64,000 nt of DNA from assembly GCA_946184675.1 (NCBI GenBank), contig CAMHFW010000001.1, forward strand, positions 14,822 to 78,821, given 5' to 3'. The stretch is from an uncultured Clostridia bacterium. GTDB taxonomy: Bacteria > Bacillota > Clostridia > Lachnospirales > Lachnospiraceae. Shown here in pieces: positions 1-9,228 of this stretch. The notes beneath the pieces are model-generated. The model searched no databases. It was not told where the DNA came from and saw only the letters and a list, made by a program, of their open reading frames with translations. The first letter of the stretch is position 1; the number at the start of each line of letters is the position of its first letter. Both the position numbers and the translations under genes were made by a program.

Positions 1-176
1 GCTTTTCTTACACCGGGGATCTCGCCCGTGTATGCAAGTTCACGGAAGCAGACTCTGCATACGCCGTACTTTCTAAGATAAGCGTGAGGACGTCCGCAGA
101 TTCTGCAGCGGTTGTATTCTCTTACTGAAAACTTCTGCTTGCGCTGCTGTTTGTTTTTCATTGCTGTTTTAGCCAT
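1..176 (-). CDS. rpsZ: 30S ribosomal protein S14 type Z (N-terminal ~58 aa; 3' end runs off the window)
   Basis: Manual translation from ATG at 176..174: [58 protein letters not shown]. It has the CxxC...CxxC zinc-ribbon S14 pattern and follows rplE as in spc operons. It is absent from the ORF track because it is truncated. Confidence 0.9.
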   Translation of the reverse strand, partial: MAKTAMKNKQQRKQKFSVREYNRCRICGRPHAYLRKYGVCRVCFRELAYTGEIPGVRK

Positions 177-190
177 GAAATCTTACCTCC

Positions 191-730
191 TTATTTCGTG
201 TACGGCATTCCGAATAAACGTAAAAGTTCGCGTGCTTCTTCATCTGTATGAGCTGTTGTAACGAATACAACGTCCATACCTCTTACCTTATCGACCTTAT
301 CGTACTCGATCTCAGGGAAGATCAGCTGCTCTCTCAGGCCGAGTGCATAGTTGCCTCTGCCGTCAAAAGAGTTGGGGTTCACGCCGCGGAAGTCACGTAC
401 TCGAGGAAGAGCGAGGTTTACCAGACGGTCTGTAAAATCATACATCTTGTCGCCGCGAAGGGTAACCTTGCAGCCGATGTTCATGCCTTCTCTGATCTTG
501 AAGTTCGCGATGGACTTCTTTGCCTTTGTGATGATGGGCTTCTGACCGGAGATGATCTCCATGTCCTTAACTGCAGACTCCAGAGCCTTGGAGTTGTCCC
601 TTGCTTCGCCTACGCCCATGTTGATGATGACCTTGGAGAGCTTGGGAACCTGCATAATGTTCTTGTAACCGAACTTCTTGATCATTTCCGGAACGATTTC
701 ATTATTGTATTTTTCTAATAATCTGTTCAT
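191..730 (-). CDS. rplE: 50S ribosomal protein L5 (uL5)
   Basis: ORF 191..736. [31 protein letters not shown] is a canonical uL5 N-terminus. The ATG at 730 has better spacing to the AAGGAG than the ATG at 736. Confidence 0.95.
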   Translation of the reverse strand: MNRLLEKYNNEIVPEMIKKFGYKNIMQVPKLSKVIINMGVGEARDNSKALESAVKDMEIISGQKPIITKAKKSIANFKIREGMNIGCKVTLRGDKMYDFTDRLVNLALPRVRDFRGVNPNSFDGRGNYALGLREQLIFPEIEYDKVDKVRGMDVVFVTTAHTDEEARELLRLFGMPYTK

Positions 731-751
731 CGTCATGTTCTCCTTCCGGTG

Positions 752-1078
752 TTAGTCAATAACCTTGCCGGTCGCCTTCGCAACACGCTTCTTGGTCTTC
801 TTGCCGTCTGCGCCAACTTCAACTACATAACCGATGCGGGAAACCTTGTCGCCATCCAGGTACATAACGTTGGATGCGTCGATGGGTCCCTCTACACTGA
901 TGATGCCGCCGGCCTGGTTGGATACGGACGGTTTTGTGTGCTTTGTGATCATATTGAGCCCCTCTACATATACGGTGCCCTTCTTGTGGTTGATCGCGAT
1001 CACCTTTCCGGACTTACCTTTGTCCTTACCGGTGATGATCTGAACCATATCGCCTTTTTTAATCTTCATTGATGACAC
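752..1078 (-). CDS. rplX: 50S ribosomal protein L24 (uL24)
   Basis: KIKKGDMVQIITGKDKGKSGKVIAI is the KOW motif of uL24. A GTG at 1078 lies 7 nt after GGAGG; the alternative ATG is at 1069. The ORF-track start at 1120 overlaps rplN and is unlikely. Confidence 0.9.
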   Translation of the reverse strand: MSSMKIKKGDMVQIITGKDKGKSGKVIAINHKKGTVYVEGLNMITKHTKPSVSNQAGGIISVEGPIDASNVMYLDGDKVSRIGYVVEVGADGKKTKKRVAKATGKVID

Positions 1079-1091
1079 GGTACTACCTCCC

Positions 1092-1460
1092 TTACAGAAC
1101 TTCAGGCGCCAGAGAAACAATCTTCATGAACTGTTTCTCACGCAGTTCTCTTGCTACAGGTCCAAAAATACGTGTGCCTCTGGGGTTGTTGTCATCCTTG
1201 ATGATAACAGCTGCATTCTCATCGAATCTGATATAGGAACCGTCCTTACGACGAGCTCCCTTAACGGTGCGGACTACTACCGCCTTTACAACATCGCCCT
1301 TCTTGACAACTCCGCCTGGTGTTGCCTCTTTAACAGTCGCAACGATGATGTCACCGATATTCGCATATCTTCTTGTGGAACCGCCCATAACACGGATGCA
1401 GAGAAGTTCTTTGGCACCGGTATTATCAGCGACGCGAAGTCTCGTTTCCTGCTGAATCAT
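1092..1460 (-). CDS. rplN: 50S ribosomal protein L14 (uL14)
   Basis: [27 protein letters not shown] is a canonical uL14 sequence, and the operon position fits. Confidence 0.97.
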   Translation of the reverse strand: MIQQETRLRVADNTGAKELLCIRVMGGSTRRYANIGDIIVATVKEATPGGVVKKGDVVKAVVVRTVKGARRKDGSYIRFDENAAVIIKDDNNPRGTRIFGPVARELREKQFMKIVSLAPEVL

Positions 1461-1487
1461 GTTATTACCTCCTGACTCCCGGCTCGT

Positions 1488-1745
1488 TTATTTCGCTCTC
1501 TCGATAATCTCAACCAGTCTCCATCTCTTGTCCTTGGACAGCGGGCGGGTCTCCATTACCTTTACTCTATCGCCAATGTTGCACTCATTGTTCTCATCAT
1601 GAGCCTTGAGCTTGTATGTTCTGTCTACGATCTTCTTATAAAGAGGATGTCTTACACGACCTTCGATAGCTACGACGATCGTCTTATCCATCTTATTGCT
1701 GACCACTTTACCAACTCTGGTCTTTCTAAGATTTCTGTTTTCCAC
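1488..1745 (-). CDS. rpsQ: 30S ribosomal protein S17 (uS17)
   Basis: [22 protein letters not shown] is a uS17 signature; 85 aa; operon position fits. Confidence 0.95.
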   Translation of the reverse strand: MENRNLRKTRVGKVVSNKMDKTIVVAIEGRVRHPLYKKIVDRTYKLKAHDENNECNIGDRVKVMETRPLSKDKRWRLVEIIERAK

Positions 1746-1774
1746 GACTAATTCTCCTTTCCTGTCAGAATGCC

Positions 1775-1993
1775 TTACTCAGCTACGCTGCTCTTAGCGG
1801 TGATCACGGTCTGAATCCGGGCAATATTCTTGCGGACTTCTTTGATTCTGCTCGTGTTCTCCAGCTGGTTTGTCGCATTCTGGAAACGCAGGTTGAAGAG
1901 TTCCTTCTTAGCATTCACCAGTTCCTGGTTCAGCTCTTCCGTAGACTTTTCACGTAACTCTTTGATATATTCATTAGTTTTCACTGCTGTCAC
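1775..1993 (-). CDS. rpmC: 50S ribosomal protein L29 (uL29)
   Basis: 72-aa helical protein containing [27 protein letters not shown]. It overlaps the rplP stop, as is common. Confidence 0.93.
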   Translation of the reverse strand: MTAVKTNEYIKELREKSTEELNQELVNAKKELFNLRFQNATNQLENTSRIKEVRKNIARIQTVITAKSSVAE

Positions 1994-2411
1994 CGCCTTC
2001 TAAATCTGCCTTAGACACGATTTTGCACTTTACAGGGAGCTTATGTGTTGCAAGACGAAGAGCCTCTTTTGCAACCTCTTCCGGAACACCGGCGATCTCA
2101 AAGAGCACGCGGCCGGGCTTAACTACAGCTACCCAGTACTCAACTGTACCTTTACCGGAACCCATACGGGTCTCAGCAGGCTTTGTAGTTACCGGCTTGT
2201 CAGGGAAGATCTTGATCCAGACGCGGCCGCCACGCTTGATGTAACGTGTCATGGCAACACGGGCTGCCTCGATCTGGTTGGACTTGATCCATGCCGGCTC
2301 AACTGCTACGATACCATACTCACCATAAGTGATCTTATTTCCACGCTGTGCTTTTCCGGCCATGCTGCCGCGAAACTGCTTACGACGTTTAACTCTCTTA
2401 GGCATTAACAT
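1974..2411 (-). CDS. rplP: 50S ribosomal protein L16 (uL16)
   Basis: [25 protein letters not shown] is a canonical uL16 N-terminus. Confidence 0.97.
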   Translation of the reverse strand: MLMPKRVKRRKQFRGSMAGKAQRGNKITYGEYGIVAVEPAWIKSNQIEAARVAMTRYIKRGGRVWIKIFPDKPVTTKPAETRMGSGKGTVEYWVAVVKPGRVLFEIAGVPEEVAKEALRLATHKLPVKCKIVSKADLEGGDSSEN

Positions 2412-2413
2412 GA

Positions 2414-3076
2414 TTATCTAACGCTCCCTTCCCTTTTTGTCTTCGTCGGGAGAACCTCGCCATGGTAGATCCATGTCTTTACACCGACCTTGCCGTAGGT
2501 CGTGTCGGCCTCTGCGAAACCATAGTCGATGTCCGCTCTGAGTGTCTGAAGCGGAATAGTGCCCTCGTTGTAGGACTCTGTACGGGCAATGTCTGCGCCG
2601 CCAAGACGGCCGCTGACTGCAGTCTTGATGCCCTTGATGCCGCTTCTGGAGCGCATAGCCTTCTGCATCGCAGACTTCATAGCACGACGGAAGGATACAC
2701 GGTTCTCAAGCTGCTGAGCAATGTTCTCAGCTACGAGCTGAGCGTTGCACTCTGCATATCTTACCTCTCTGATGTCTACAAGCACCTTCTTGCCTGTAAG
2801 CTTCTTGAGGTTAGCCTTGATCTTATCTACTTCTTCGTGGTTCTGTCCGATCAGCATACCGGGCTGTCCTGCGAAGATGATAACCTTTACTCTGTCTGCT
2901 GCTCTCTCGATCTCGATCTTGGAAATGCCTGCATCATAGAGATTCTTCTTGAGGTATTTTCTGATCTTGTTGTCTTCTACGAGATTGTCAGCGAAATCGG
3001 CCTCTGCATACCATTTGGAATTCCAGTCCTTGATAATACCTACTCTGAGGCCATGAGGATTAACTTTCTGTCCCAT
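2414..3076 (-). CDS. rpsC: 30S ribosomal protein S3 (uS3)
   Basis: [24 protein letters not shown] is a canonical uS3 N-terminus; 220 aa. Confidence 0.97.
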   Translation of the reverse strand: MGQKVNPHGLRVGIIKDWNSKWYAEADFADNLVEDNKIRKYLKKNLYDAGISKIEIERAADRVKVIIFAGQPGMLIGQNHEEVDKIKANLKKLTGKKVLVDIREVRYAECNAQLVAENIAQQLENRVSFRRAMKSAMQKAMRSRSGIKGIKTAVSGRLGGADIARTESYNEGTIPLQTLRADIDYGFAEADTTYGKVGVKTWIYHGEVLPTKTKREGSVR

Positions 3077-3091
3077 TTAATTACTTCCTCC

Positions 3092-3478
3092 TTATCTCTC
3101 GTTCAGAACGATTGTGATGTGGCTCATTCTCTTCTCGATCCTGTAAGCTCTTCCCTGAGCTCTGGGCTGGATCCTCTTCATGATGGGGCCCTGTGTCGCG
3201 TAGCACTCTTCAACATAGAGCTTTTCCTTGTCCATGTTGTTGTTGTTTTCCGCGTTCGCAATCGCTGACTTCAGTAACTTATCGATAACAGATGAAGCAT
3301 ATCTCGGGCTGTAAGCTAAAATAGCCTGAGCTGTCTCAATGTCCTTGCCTCTGATCGCGTCAAGAACGAAAGCAGCCTTCTGAACGGAGATTCTAGCGTA
3401 GGAAAGCTTAGCGCTAGGGCGCGTATCCTTATTGCTGTTGCGCTCTCTTTTGATTTGTGATCTATGTCCTTTAGCCAT
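3092..3478 (-). CDS. rplV: 50S ribosomal protein L22 (uL22)
   Basis: ARISVQKAAFVLDAIRGKDIETAQAIL is uL22-like, and the gene sits between rpsS and rpsC. Confidence 0.93.
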   Translation of the reverse strand: MAKGHRSQIKRERNSNKDTRPSAKLSYARISVQKAAFVLDAIRGKDIETAQAILAYSPRYASSVIDKLLKSAIANAENNNNMDKEKLYVEECYATQGPIMKRIQPRAQGRAYRIEKRMSHITIVLNER

Positions 3479-3499
3479 GATTTAACCTCCTTCCGCTCC

Positions 3500-3781
3500 T
3501 TACATTCTTCTGGACTTCTTCTCGTCCTTGCCGTGGCCTCTGTAAGTTCTGGTTGCTACGAACTCACCGAGCTTGTGGCCAACCATGTCTTCCTGAATGT
3601 ATACAGGAACGTGCTTTCTGCCGTCATGCACCGCGATTGTCATACCTACCATCTGAGGATAGATCGTGGAGCGTCTGGACCAGGTCTTGATGACAGACTT
3701 GTCACCGGATGCATTTAAGGCTTCTACTTTCTTAAGCAGGCTTGCATCGATAAATGCGCCTTTCTTTAATGATCTTGCCAT
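3500..3781 (-). CDS. rpsS: 30S ribosomal protein S19 (uS19)
   Basis: [12 protein letters not shown]...[30 protein letters not shown] is canonical uS19. Confidence 0.97.
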   Translation of the reverse strand: MARSLKKGAFIDASLLKKVEALNASGDKSVIKTWSRRSTIYPQMVGMTIAVHDGRKHVPVYIQEDMVGHKLGEFVATRTYRGHGKDEKKSRRM

Positions 3782-3796
3782 TTGTCCTTCCCCTCC

Positions 3797-4639
3797 TTAT
3801 TTAATCACGCTGCCGTCACGTCTTCTGACGATGTACTTGTTGGACTGCTTGTTCTTCTTACGGGTCTTGTAACCGTTAGCAGGCTTGCCCCAAGGGGTCA
3901 TAGGTCCGCTGCGTCCAATCGGTGCGCGGCCTTCTCCACCACCATGAGGATGGTCATTCGGGTTCATTACGGAACCGCGGACATGAGGTCTGATGCCCAT
4001 GTGACGCTTACGTCCTGCCTTACCGATGTTAATCAGCTCGTGGTCGATATTGCCAACCTGGCCGATGGTAGCTCTGCCCTCTACGGGAACCATTCTCATC
4101 TCACCGGAGGGGAGACGAAGGGTTGCATACTTGCCTTCCTTAGCCATCAGCTGAGCAGCGTTGCCGGCTGCACGTACAAGCTGACCGCCCTTGCCGGGAT
4201 ACAGCTCGATGTTGTGTACCATGGTACCAACAGGGATCTGGGAAAGAGGGAGGCAGTTGCCGACTTTGATCTCAGCCTTGGGGCCGTTCATCAGAGTGGT
4301 GCCAACCTGCAGTCCGTTCGGTGCAAGGATGTAGGTCTTCTGACCGTCTGCATAGCAGATCAGCGCGATGTTTGCAGATCTGTTGGGATCATACTCGATC
4401 GCCTTAACAGTTGCGGGGATATCGTCTTTGTATCTCTTAAAGTCGATGATTCTGTATTTTCTCTTCTCACCGCCGCCGCGATGTCTTACAGTGATCTTAC
4501 CCTGTGCGTTGCGGCCGGCCTTGCTGCTCTTGGAAACAACAAGAGATTTCTCAGGTGTCTTCTTTGTAATCTCGGAGAAATCCGATCCAGTCATATGTCG
4601 TCTGGAAGGTGTATATGGCTTATAGGTCTTAATAGCCAT
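3797..4639 (-). CDS. rplB: 50S ribosomal protein L2 (uL2)
   Basis: [17 protein letters not shown]...[14 protein letters not shown] is canonical uL2; 280 aa. Confidence 0.97.
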   Translation of the reverse strand: MAIKTYKPYTPSRRHMTGSDFSEITKKTPEKSLVVSKSSKAGRNAQGKITVRHRGGGEKRKYRIIDFKRYKDDIPATVKAIEYDPNRSANIALICYADGQKTYILAPNGLQVGTTLMNGPKAEIKVGNCLPLSQIPVGTMVHNIELYPGKGGQLVRAAGNAAQLMAKEGKYATLRLPSGEMRMVPVEGRATIGQVGNIDHELINIGKAGRKRHMGIRPHVRGSVMNPNDHPHGGGEGRAPIGRSGPMTPWGKPANGYKTRKKNKQSNKYIVRRRDGSVIK

Positions 4640-4742
4640 TTTCAGTCACTCCTTTCAAGTGTCTTATTTATTCTCATGCTTTTATGCATATAATCTGAGC
4701 GGTCTTTGCGGCAGCCGTCTCTTTCGTCTGCCTTCGCTCTTC

Positions 4743-5054
4743 TTACAGTCCCTCAAAAAGCTCGATGTCCTTGCTGTCCTCAGTCAGCTTAACAACTGCC
4801 TTCTTTGTCTTGGCTGTACGTCCGGTAGTAATGCCGCTGCGGGAATTTCTCTTCTTGGGCTTGCCCTTGTAGTTCATGGTGTTTACAGAAGCAACCTTAG
4901 CTCCCTCGAACATTCTCTCTACAGCAGCTTTGATCTGGCTCTTTGTCGCATCCGGATGAACCAGGAATGTATACTTCTTTTCCATCTGGCCAGCCATGCT
5001 CTTCTCTGTGATGAGCGGCTTCTGAATAATATCATAATACTTAAGATCTGCCAT
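4743..5054 (-). CDS. rplW: 50S ribosomal protein L23 (uL23)
   Basis: [15 protein letters not shown]...[19 protein letters not shown] is uL23-like; operon position fits. Confidence 0.93.
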   Translation of the reverse strand: MADLKYYDIIQKPLITEKSMAGQMEKKYTFLVHPDATKSQIKAAVERMFEGAKVASVNTMNYKGKPKKRNSRSGITTGRTAKTKKAVVKLTEDSKDIELFEGL

Positions 5055-5674
5055 TATGCGTACACCTCCGTAATCGCTGCGACTGCATCCTGTGTCAGTA
5101 CAAGACTGTCATACTTAAGGATGTCATAAACATTGATGGTGTTAACGAATGCGGTCTTGACGGTCGGGATGTTGTTTGCAGACTTTACAACATTCTCATC
5201 CTTGTCGCCAAGTACTACGAGCGCCTTGCTAACGCCCAGGTTGTTCATAACATTTACGAACTTCTTGGTCTTGATCTCGTCAAGTCCGAAAGCATCGAGT
5301 ACAACGATCTTGCTGTCAGCAACCTTGCTGCTGAGTGCAGACTTAAGAGCTGCTCTCTTCTCTTTCTTGTTAACCTTGATCTCATAATCTCTGGGCTGGG
5401 GAGCGAATACTACGCCGCCGCCTGTCCACTGGGGAGCTCTGATGGAGCCCTGTCTTGCATGGCCTGTGCCCTTCTGTCTCCAGGGCTTCTTGCCGCCGCC
5501 TCTTACCTGGCCGCGGGTCTTGGCACTCTGAGTGCCCTGACGAGCTGCTGCAAGATGTGCTACAACTGCCTTGTGCATCAGGTTTTCATTTACCTCAACG
5601 CCGAATACGGCATCGTTGAGCTCGATCTCGCCGATCACATTTCCTTCGTTATTATAAACAGATACTTTTGCCAT
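5054..5674 (-). CDS. rplD: 50S ribosomal protein L4 (uL4)
   Basis: [39 protein letters not shown] is the canonical uL4 loop. Confidence 0.97.
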   Translation of the reverse strand: MAKVSVYNNEGNVIGEIELNDAVFGVEVNENLMHKAVVAHLAAARQGTQSAKTRGQVRGGGKKPWRQKGTGHARQGSIRAPQWTGGGVVFAPQPRDYEIKVNKKEKRAALKSALSSKVADSKIVVLDAFGLDEIKTKKFVNVMNNLGVSKALVVLGDKDENVVKSANNIPTVKTAFVNTINVYDILKYDSLVLTQDAVAAITEVYA

Positions 5675-5700
5675 CTGTGGTGTCCTCCTTCCTCAGGCTA

Positions 5701-6330
5701 TCAAGCTTTTACTGATTCCTTAATGACTACTAAGGATTTCTTAGGTCCCGGAACAGCACCCTTTACAAGGATGATATTCTTTTCAGCATCTACTCTGACA
5801 ACCTCAAGGTTCTGAACGGTAACTCTTACTGCGCCCATATGTCCAGGCATGTGCTTGCCCTTGAATACGCGGCTCGGAGAGGAGCATGCGCCGTTGGAAC
5901 CTGCATGTCTGTGGTACTTGGAACCGTGAGTCATCGGCCCTCTGGACTGGCCGTGTCTCTTGATCGCGCCCTGATAACCTTTACCCTTGGACTTAGCGGT
6001 TGCATCGATCTTATCGCCTTCTGCGAAGATATCAGCCTTGATCTCCTGACCAAGAGCGTACTCCTCGGCGTTTTCAAATCTGAACTCGCGGACAAATCTC
6101 TTCTCGGGAACGCCTGCCTTTGCAAAATGGCCTCTCTCAGGCTTTGTGACAAGCTTCTTTCTGATGTCGCCAAATGCGACCTGAACAGCCTTGTAGCCGT
6201 CGTTCTCTTCTGTCTTCACCTGGGTGACCACGCAAGGGCCAGCCTCCAGAACGGTAACCGGAATCAGTTCGCCTTCTGCTGTGAAGATCTGAGTCATACC
6301 AATTTTCTTTGTTAAAATTGCTTTCTTCAT
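5701..6330 (-). CDS. rplC: 50S ribosomal protein L3 (uL3)
   Basis: [16 protein letters not shown] is a canonical uL3 N-terminus starting at the ATG at 6330. The ORF-track start at 6372 is probably upstream read-through. Confidence 0.95.
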   Translation of the reverse strand: MKKAILTKKIGMTQIFTAEGELIPVTVLEAGPCVVTQVKTEENDGYKAVQVAFGDIRKKLVTKPERGHFAKAGVPEKRFVREFRFENAEEYALGQEIKADIFAEGDKIDATAKSKGKGYQGAIKRHGQSRGPMTHGSKYHRHAGSNGACSSPSRVFKGKHMPGHMGAVRVTVQNLEVVRVDAEKNIILVKGAVPGPKKSLVVIKESVKA

Positions 6331-6465
6331 ATTAGAAATGCACCTCCTGTTTAAATCTACAGCGGAACGCACATGGCGTTCATCCTAGATGTGCCGTCTG
6401 CTGATCAACCCTCCGCAAGTGGGTTTTAAGAGGGCTGCACGGCACTTAGGCCTGGCTGCATTGGT

Positions 6466-6783
6466 TTACTTTGTCTTCATCTTGATGTCTACAGCAACGC
6501 CTGCGGGAACTTCCAGTCTGGAAAGTGCCTCAACAGTCTTCTGTGTAGGCGCGATGATGTCGATCAGTCTCTTGTGGGTACGCTGCTCAAACTGTTCTCT
6601 GGAATCCTTATACTTGTGTGTCGCACGGAGAATGGTTACAACCTCTTTCTTTGTCGGAAGGGGAACCGGTCCGCTGACCTTGGATCCTGTTCTCTTTACA
6701 GAGTCAATAATCTTTGCTGCGCTCTGGTCGATCAGTTTGTGATCGTACGCCTTAAGTGTGATCCTCATTACCTGGTTTGCCAT
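6466..6783 (-). CDS. rpsJ: 30S ribosomal protein S10 (uS10)
   Basis: [44 protein letters not shown] is canonical uS10. The ATG at 6783 is preceded by AAAGGAGG. The ORF-track start at 6894 lies in the leader. Confidence 0.96.
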   Translation of the reverse strand: MANQVMRITLKAYDHKLIDQSAAKIIDSVKRTGSKVSGPVPLPTKKEVVTILRATHKYKDSREQFEQRTHKRLIDIIAPTQKTVEALSRLEVPAGVAVDIKMKTK

Positions 6784-7052
6784 AAAAAATAGCCGCCTCC
6801 TTTTCGCACTAGAGAATAGTAGTACGACAAGTGGTGACTGTACACTTTGCCGGGTGTGTCGCGCCTCTCCCGAGGTACAACATCCCTCCGCCATGGGCGG
6901 ATATTAACGATGGGTACAGTGACTTGTCGCCAGTTTTCTAACTTGACATTCGCTCCACGGAAAACCTGCGATCTCCTCGCAGCAACCTCACGCTTCATAG
7001 CTATCAATGTCACAAGCTCTATTATTTTAGCCTACCTGTGCAGAAAAAGCAA
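6784..7052 (-). promoter_or_regulatory. S10-operon promoter (TTGCTT-17 nt-TAAAAT) plus a ~230-nt structured 5' leader
   Basis: On the minus strand, -35 is at 7052..7047 and -10 at 7029..7024, with an A/T-rich UP-like tract at 7055..7100. The leader contains local hairpins and a long-range helix pairing 6929..6922 with 6832..6825. Confidence 0.55.
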
Positions 7053-7409
7053 GGATTATTTTGTTTTTTTGAAATAAAGTTATGGGAGTTTTTGTATTTA
7101 ATTACGTGCATGCGGACGGTGCCGGGCAATGCGAAGGCGCCGCGTGGGATGGGGCGGCGTGAGGGGAGGGACGGGGCGGCACAGGACGGTGCGTTCTCGC
7201 CACTTGCTCCTTCCCCACTGCCCGGTAAACACGTAGCAACACTGCGAAGCAGTGCCCTCTCTAAATATAATTGTCTTGTCTTCTTCTCTCCCTTTCTTCT
7301 TTATGTTATAATGCAAAAAAGATACCCGCCGGCAGTAAACAGCTCTGTCAGCGGATACCCGTAAAGCAAAAACAAATCTTTACATTATATAAACACAGGA
7401 GAATATACT

Positions 7410-8276
7410 ATGTGGACTGCCAATCATTGGACTGACTATGAAGTAATTGACACCAGCGGCGGAGAGAAGCTGGAGCGCTGGGGCAAGTATCTGCTGGTGC
7501 GCCCGGATCCCCAGGTAATCTGGAATACGCCCAAGAGTGACCCCCGCTGGAAAAAGAAAAACGCCCACTACCACCGCAGCCATAAAGGCGGCGGGGAATG
7601 GGAGTTTATAGATTTGCCGGAGCAGTGGACCATCCGCTATCATCCACTGGATCTTTCTTTCAACCTGAAGCCTTTTAGTTTTAAACACACCGGCCTTTTC
7701 CCGGAGCAGGCTGCCAACTGGGAATGGTTTTCCGAGCTGATCCGCGGTGCTGACCGGCCTGTCTCCGTTCTCAACCTCTTTGCCTACACCGGCGGCGCTA
7801 CCTGCGCAGCTGCAAAAGCAGGTGCCCACGTAACGCATGTGGATGCGGCCAAGGGTATGGTTGGCTGGGCCAAGGAGAATGCCAAGTTATCCGGTCTTCC
7901 TGATACTTCTGTGCGCTGGATCGTGGATGACTGTCAGAAGTTTGCGGAACGTGAGATCCGCCGCGGCCATCACTACGACGCCATCATCATGGATCCGCCC
8001 TCTTACGGACGCGGGCCGAAAGGAGAGATCTGGAAGATCGAGACTTCCATTTTCCCATTCCTCCAGACCTGCGCCAAACTACTCAGCGACAAACCGCTTT
8101 TCTTCCTTATTAATTCCTATACGACCGGACTGCAGCCCGCCGTCCTCTCCTACATGCTTTCGCATGAGCTGATTCCTTCTTTCGGAGGAAAGGTGGAGGC
8201 AGACGAGGTTGGCCTCCCGGTTTCAGGAAACGGTCTCACACTCCCCTGCGGTGCAGCGGGAAGGTGGCAGTTTTAG
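7410..8276 (+). CDS. Class I SAM-dependent methyltransferase (RlmI/YwbD-like catalytic domain, COG1092-type)
   Basis: Motif I is LNLFAYTGGATCAAAKAGA and motif IV is IIMDPPSYGRG. An AGGAGA RBS lies upstream of the ATG at 7410. Confidence 0.8.
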   Translation: MWTANHWTDYEVIDTSGGEKLERWGKYLLVRPDPQVIWNTPKSDPRWKKKNAHYHRSHKGGGEWEFIDLPEQWTIRYHPLDLSFNLKPFSFKHTGLFPEQAANWEWFSELIRGADRPVSVLNLFAYTGGATCAAAKAGAHVTHVDAAKGMVGWAKENAKLSGLPDTSVRWIVDDCQKFAEREIRRGHHYDAIIMDPPSYGRGPKGEIWKIETSIFPFLQTCAKLLSDKPLFFLINSYTTGLQPAVLSYMLSHELIPSFGGKVEADEVGLPVSGNGLTLPCGAAGRWQF

Positions 8277-8324
8277 TTGTTTCTCATTTCTGGGATTTCC
8301 GGGCTCCGCCCGGACCCTTGCGTA

Positions 8325-8762
8325 TTATTCATGGAGCTGCTGAAATCTTAGCAGCTCCTGATTTATTTTTCTGGCCTGGCCATAATCCCGCAGCCAGGAA
8401 AAGAGTCTCGCCAGGACATAGATCAAAAGCACGCTTCCCGCAATCGCCAGAACAACAGATACTCTGCTTGTATCGATAACCGGACTGGTAAAAGCAAACC
8501 CCAGCATGACAGCTTCGATCAACAGCCATTCCAAAACCATGCGTACCATCATTTCCCTGACGCTTAACTCTCGCCTGGAATAGGTCACAAGGGTGGGGAC
8601 CACGCAGCAGCCCGCATAGATAAGAGGGGTCAGCAGGGAATCATATCCGAAGCGGGCATTGGCGTCGAAAACATTCCCGATTACACTGATTGCGACCGTG
8701 ATCAGTGTTGTGAGCATAAAGAACAAAGATAATTTTTCGAACAAAAATGATTTCAAAGACAT
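8325..8762 (-). CDS. Small polytopic membrane protein (DUF3021-like), partner of the LytTR regulator
   Basis: 145 aa with about 4 hydrophobic helices. It starts 8 nt downstream of the LytTR gene stop. The family name is from memory of LytTR-DUF3021 pairs. Confidence 0.65.
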   Translation of the reverse strand: MSLKSFLFEKLSLFFMLTTLITVAISVIGNVFDANARFGYDSLLTPLIYAGCCVVPTLVTYSRRELSVREMMVRMVLEWLLIEAVMLGFAFTSPVIDTSRVSVVLAIAGSVLLIYVLARLFSWLRDYGQARKINQELLRFQQLHE

Positions 8763-8769
8763 CGCTCCA

Positions 8770-9210
8770 TCATTCTCCTCTCAGCGCCGTTTTGAGCTTC
8801 TTCACATAATTGCGGGATATGATCACTTCCTCACCCGTCTGCAGCACCGCCGTAAAACGCCCATTCAAAGCAGGCTTAACAAAACGGATCTTCAGCAGGT
8901 TTAATAGCATGGATTTGGAAATCCGCAAAAAATGGCTGCGCTCCAGCCGGCTTTCCAGCTCGTAAATGCGATACGAAGTCTCATAAACCTGCTCCTTTGT
9001 ATATAGGAAGGTTCTGCCATCCACCGACTCGATATAGTAGATGTCCAGCAGCGGGATCTTGTATTGTTTACTGTCTTTTACGCCTGTGAGCATGCCCTGC
9101 CGGGATTTCACAAAAGCCTCAATTTCGCGCACTTCCTCTGTGACCGCATAACAGCGGATCAGAACAAGCTCCTTCTTCTCTTTTCCAATCTGTTCAATTG
9201 CAACATCCAT
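8770..9210 (-). CDS. LytTR-family DNA-binding protein (stand-alone, no receiver domain)
   Basis: 146 aa. The C-terminal part, FLRISKSMLLNLLKIRFVKPALNGRFTAVLQTGEEVIISRNYVKKLK, is typical of a LytTR domain. Confidence 0.8.
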   Translation of the reverse strand: MDVAIEQIGKEKKELVLIRCYAVTEEVREIEAFVKSRQGMLTGVKDSKQYKIPLLDIYYIESVDGRTFLYTKEQVYETSYRIYELESRLERSHFLRISKSMLLNLLKIRFVKPALNGRFTAVLQTGEEVIISRNYVKKLKTALRGE

Positions 9211-9228
9211 GCCTTTTTCAGCGGGCGA

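Noticed and set aside
7038-7364. 108-aa (+) and 72-aa (-) ORFs across the G-rich island
   Set aside because: They are Arg/Gly/Pro-rich low-complexity translations of GC-rich DNA with no RBS. The region is treated as non-coding and reported as a finding instead.
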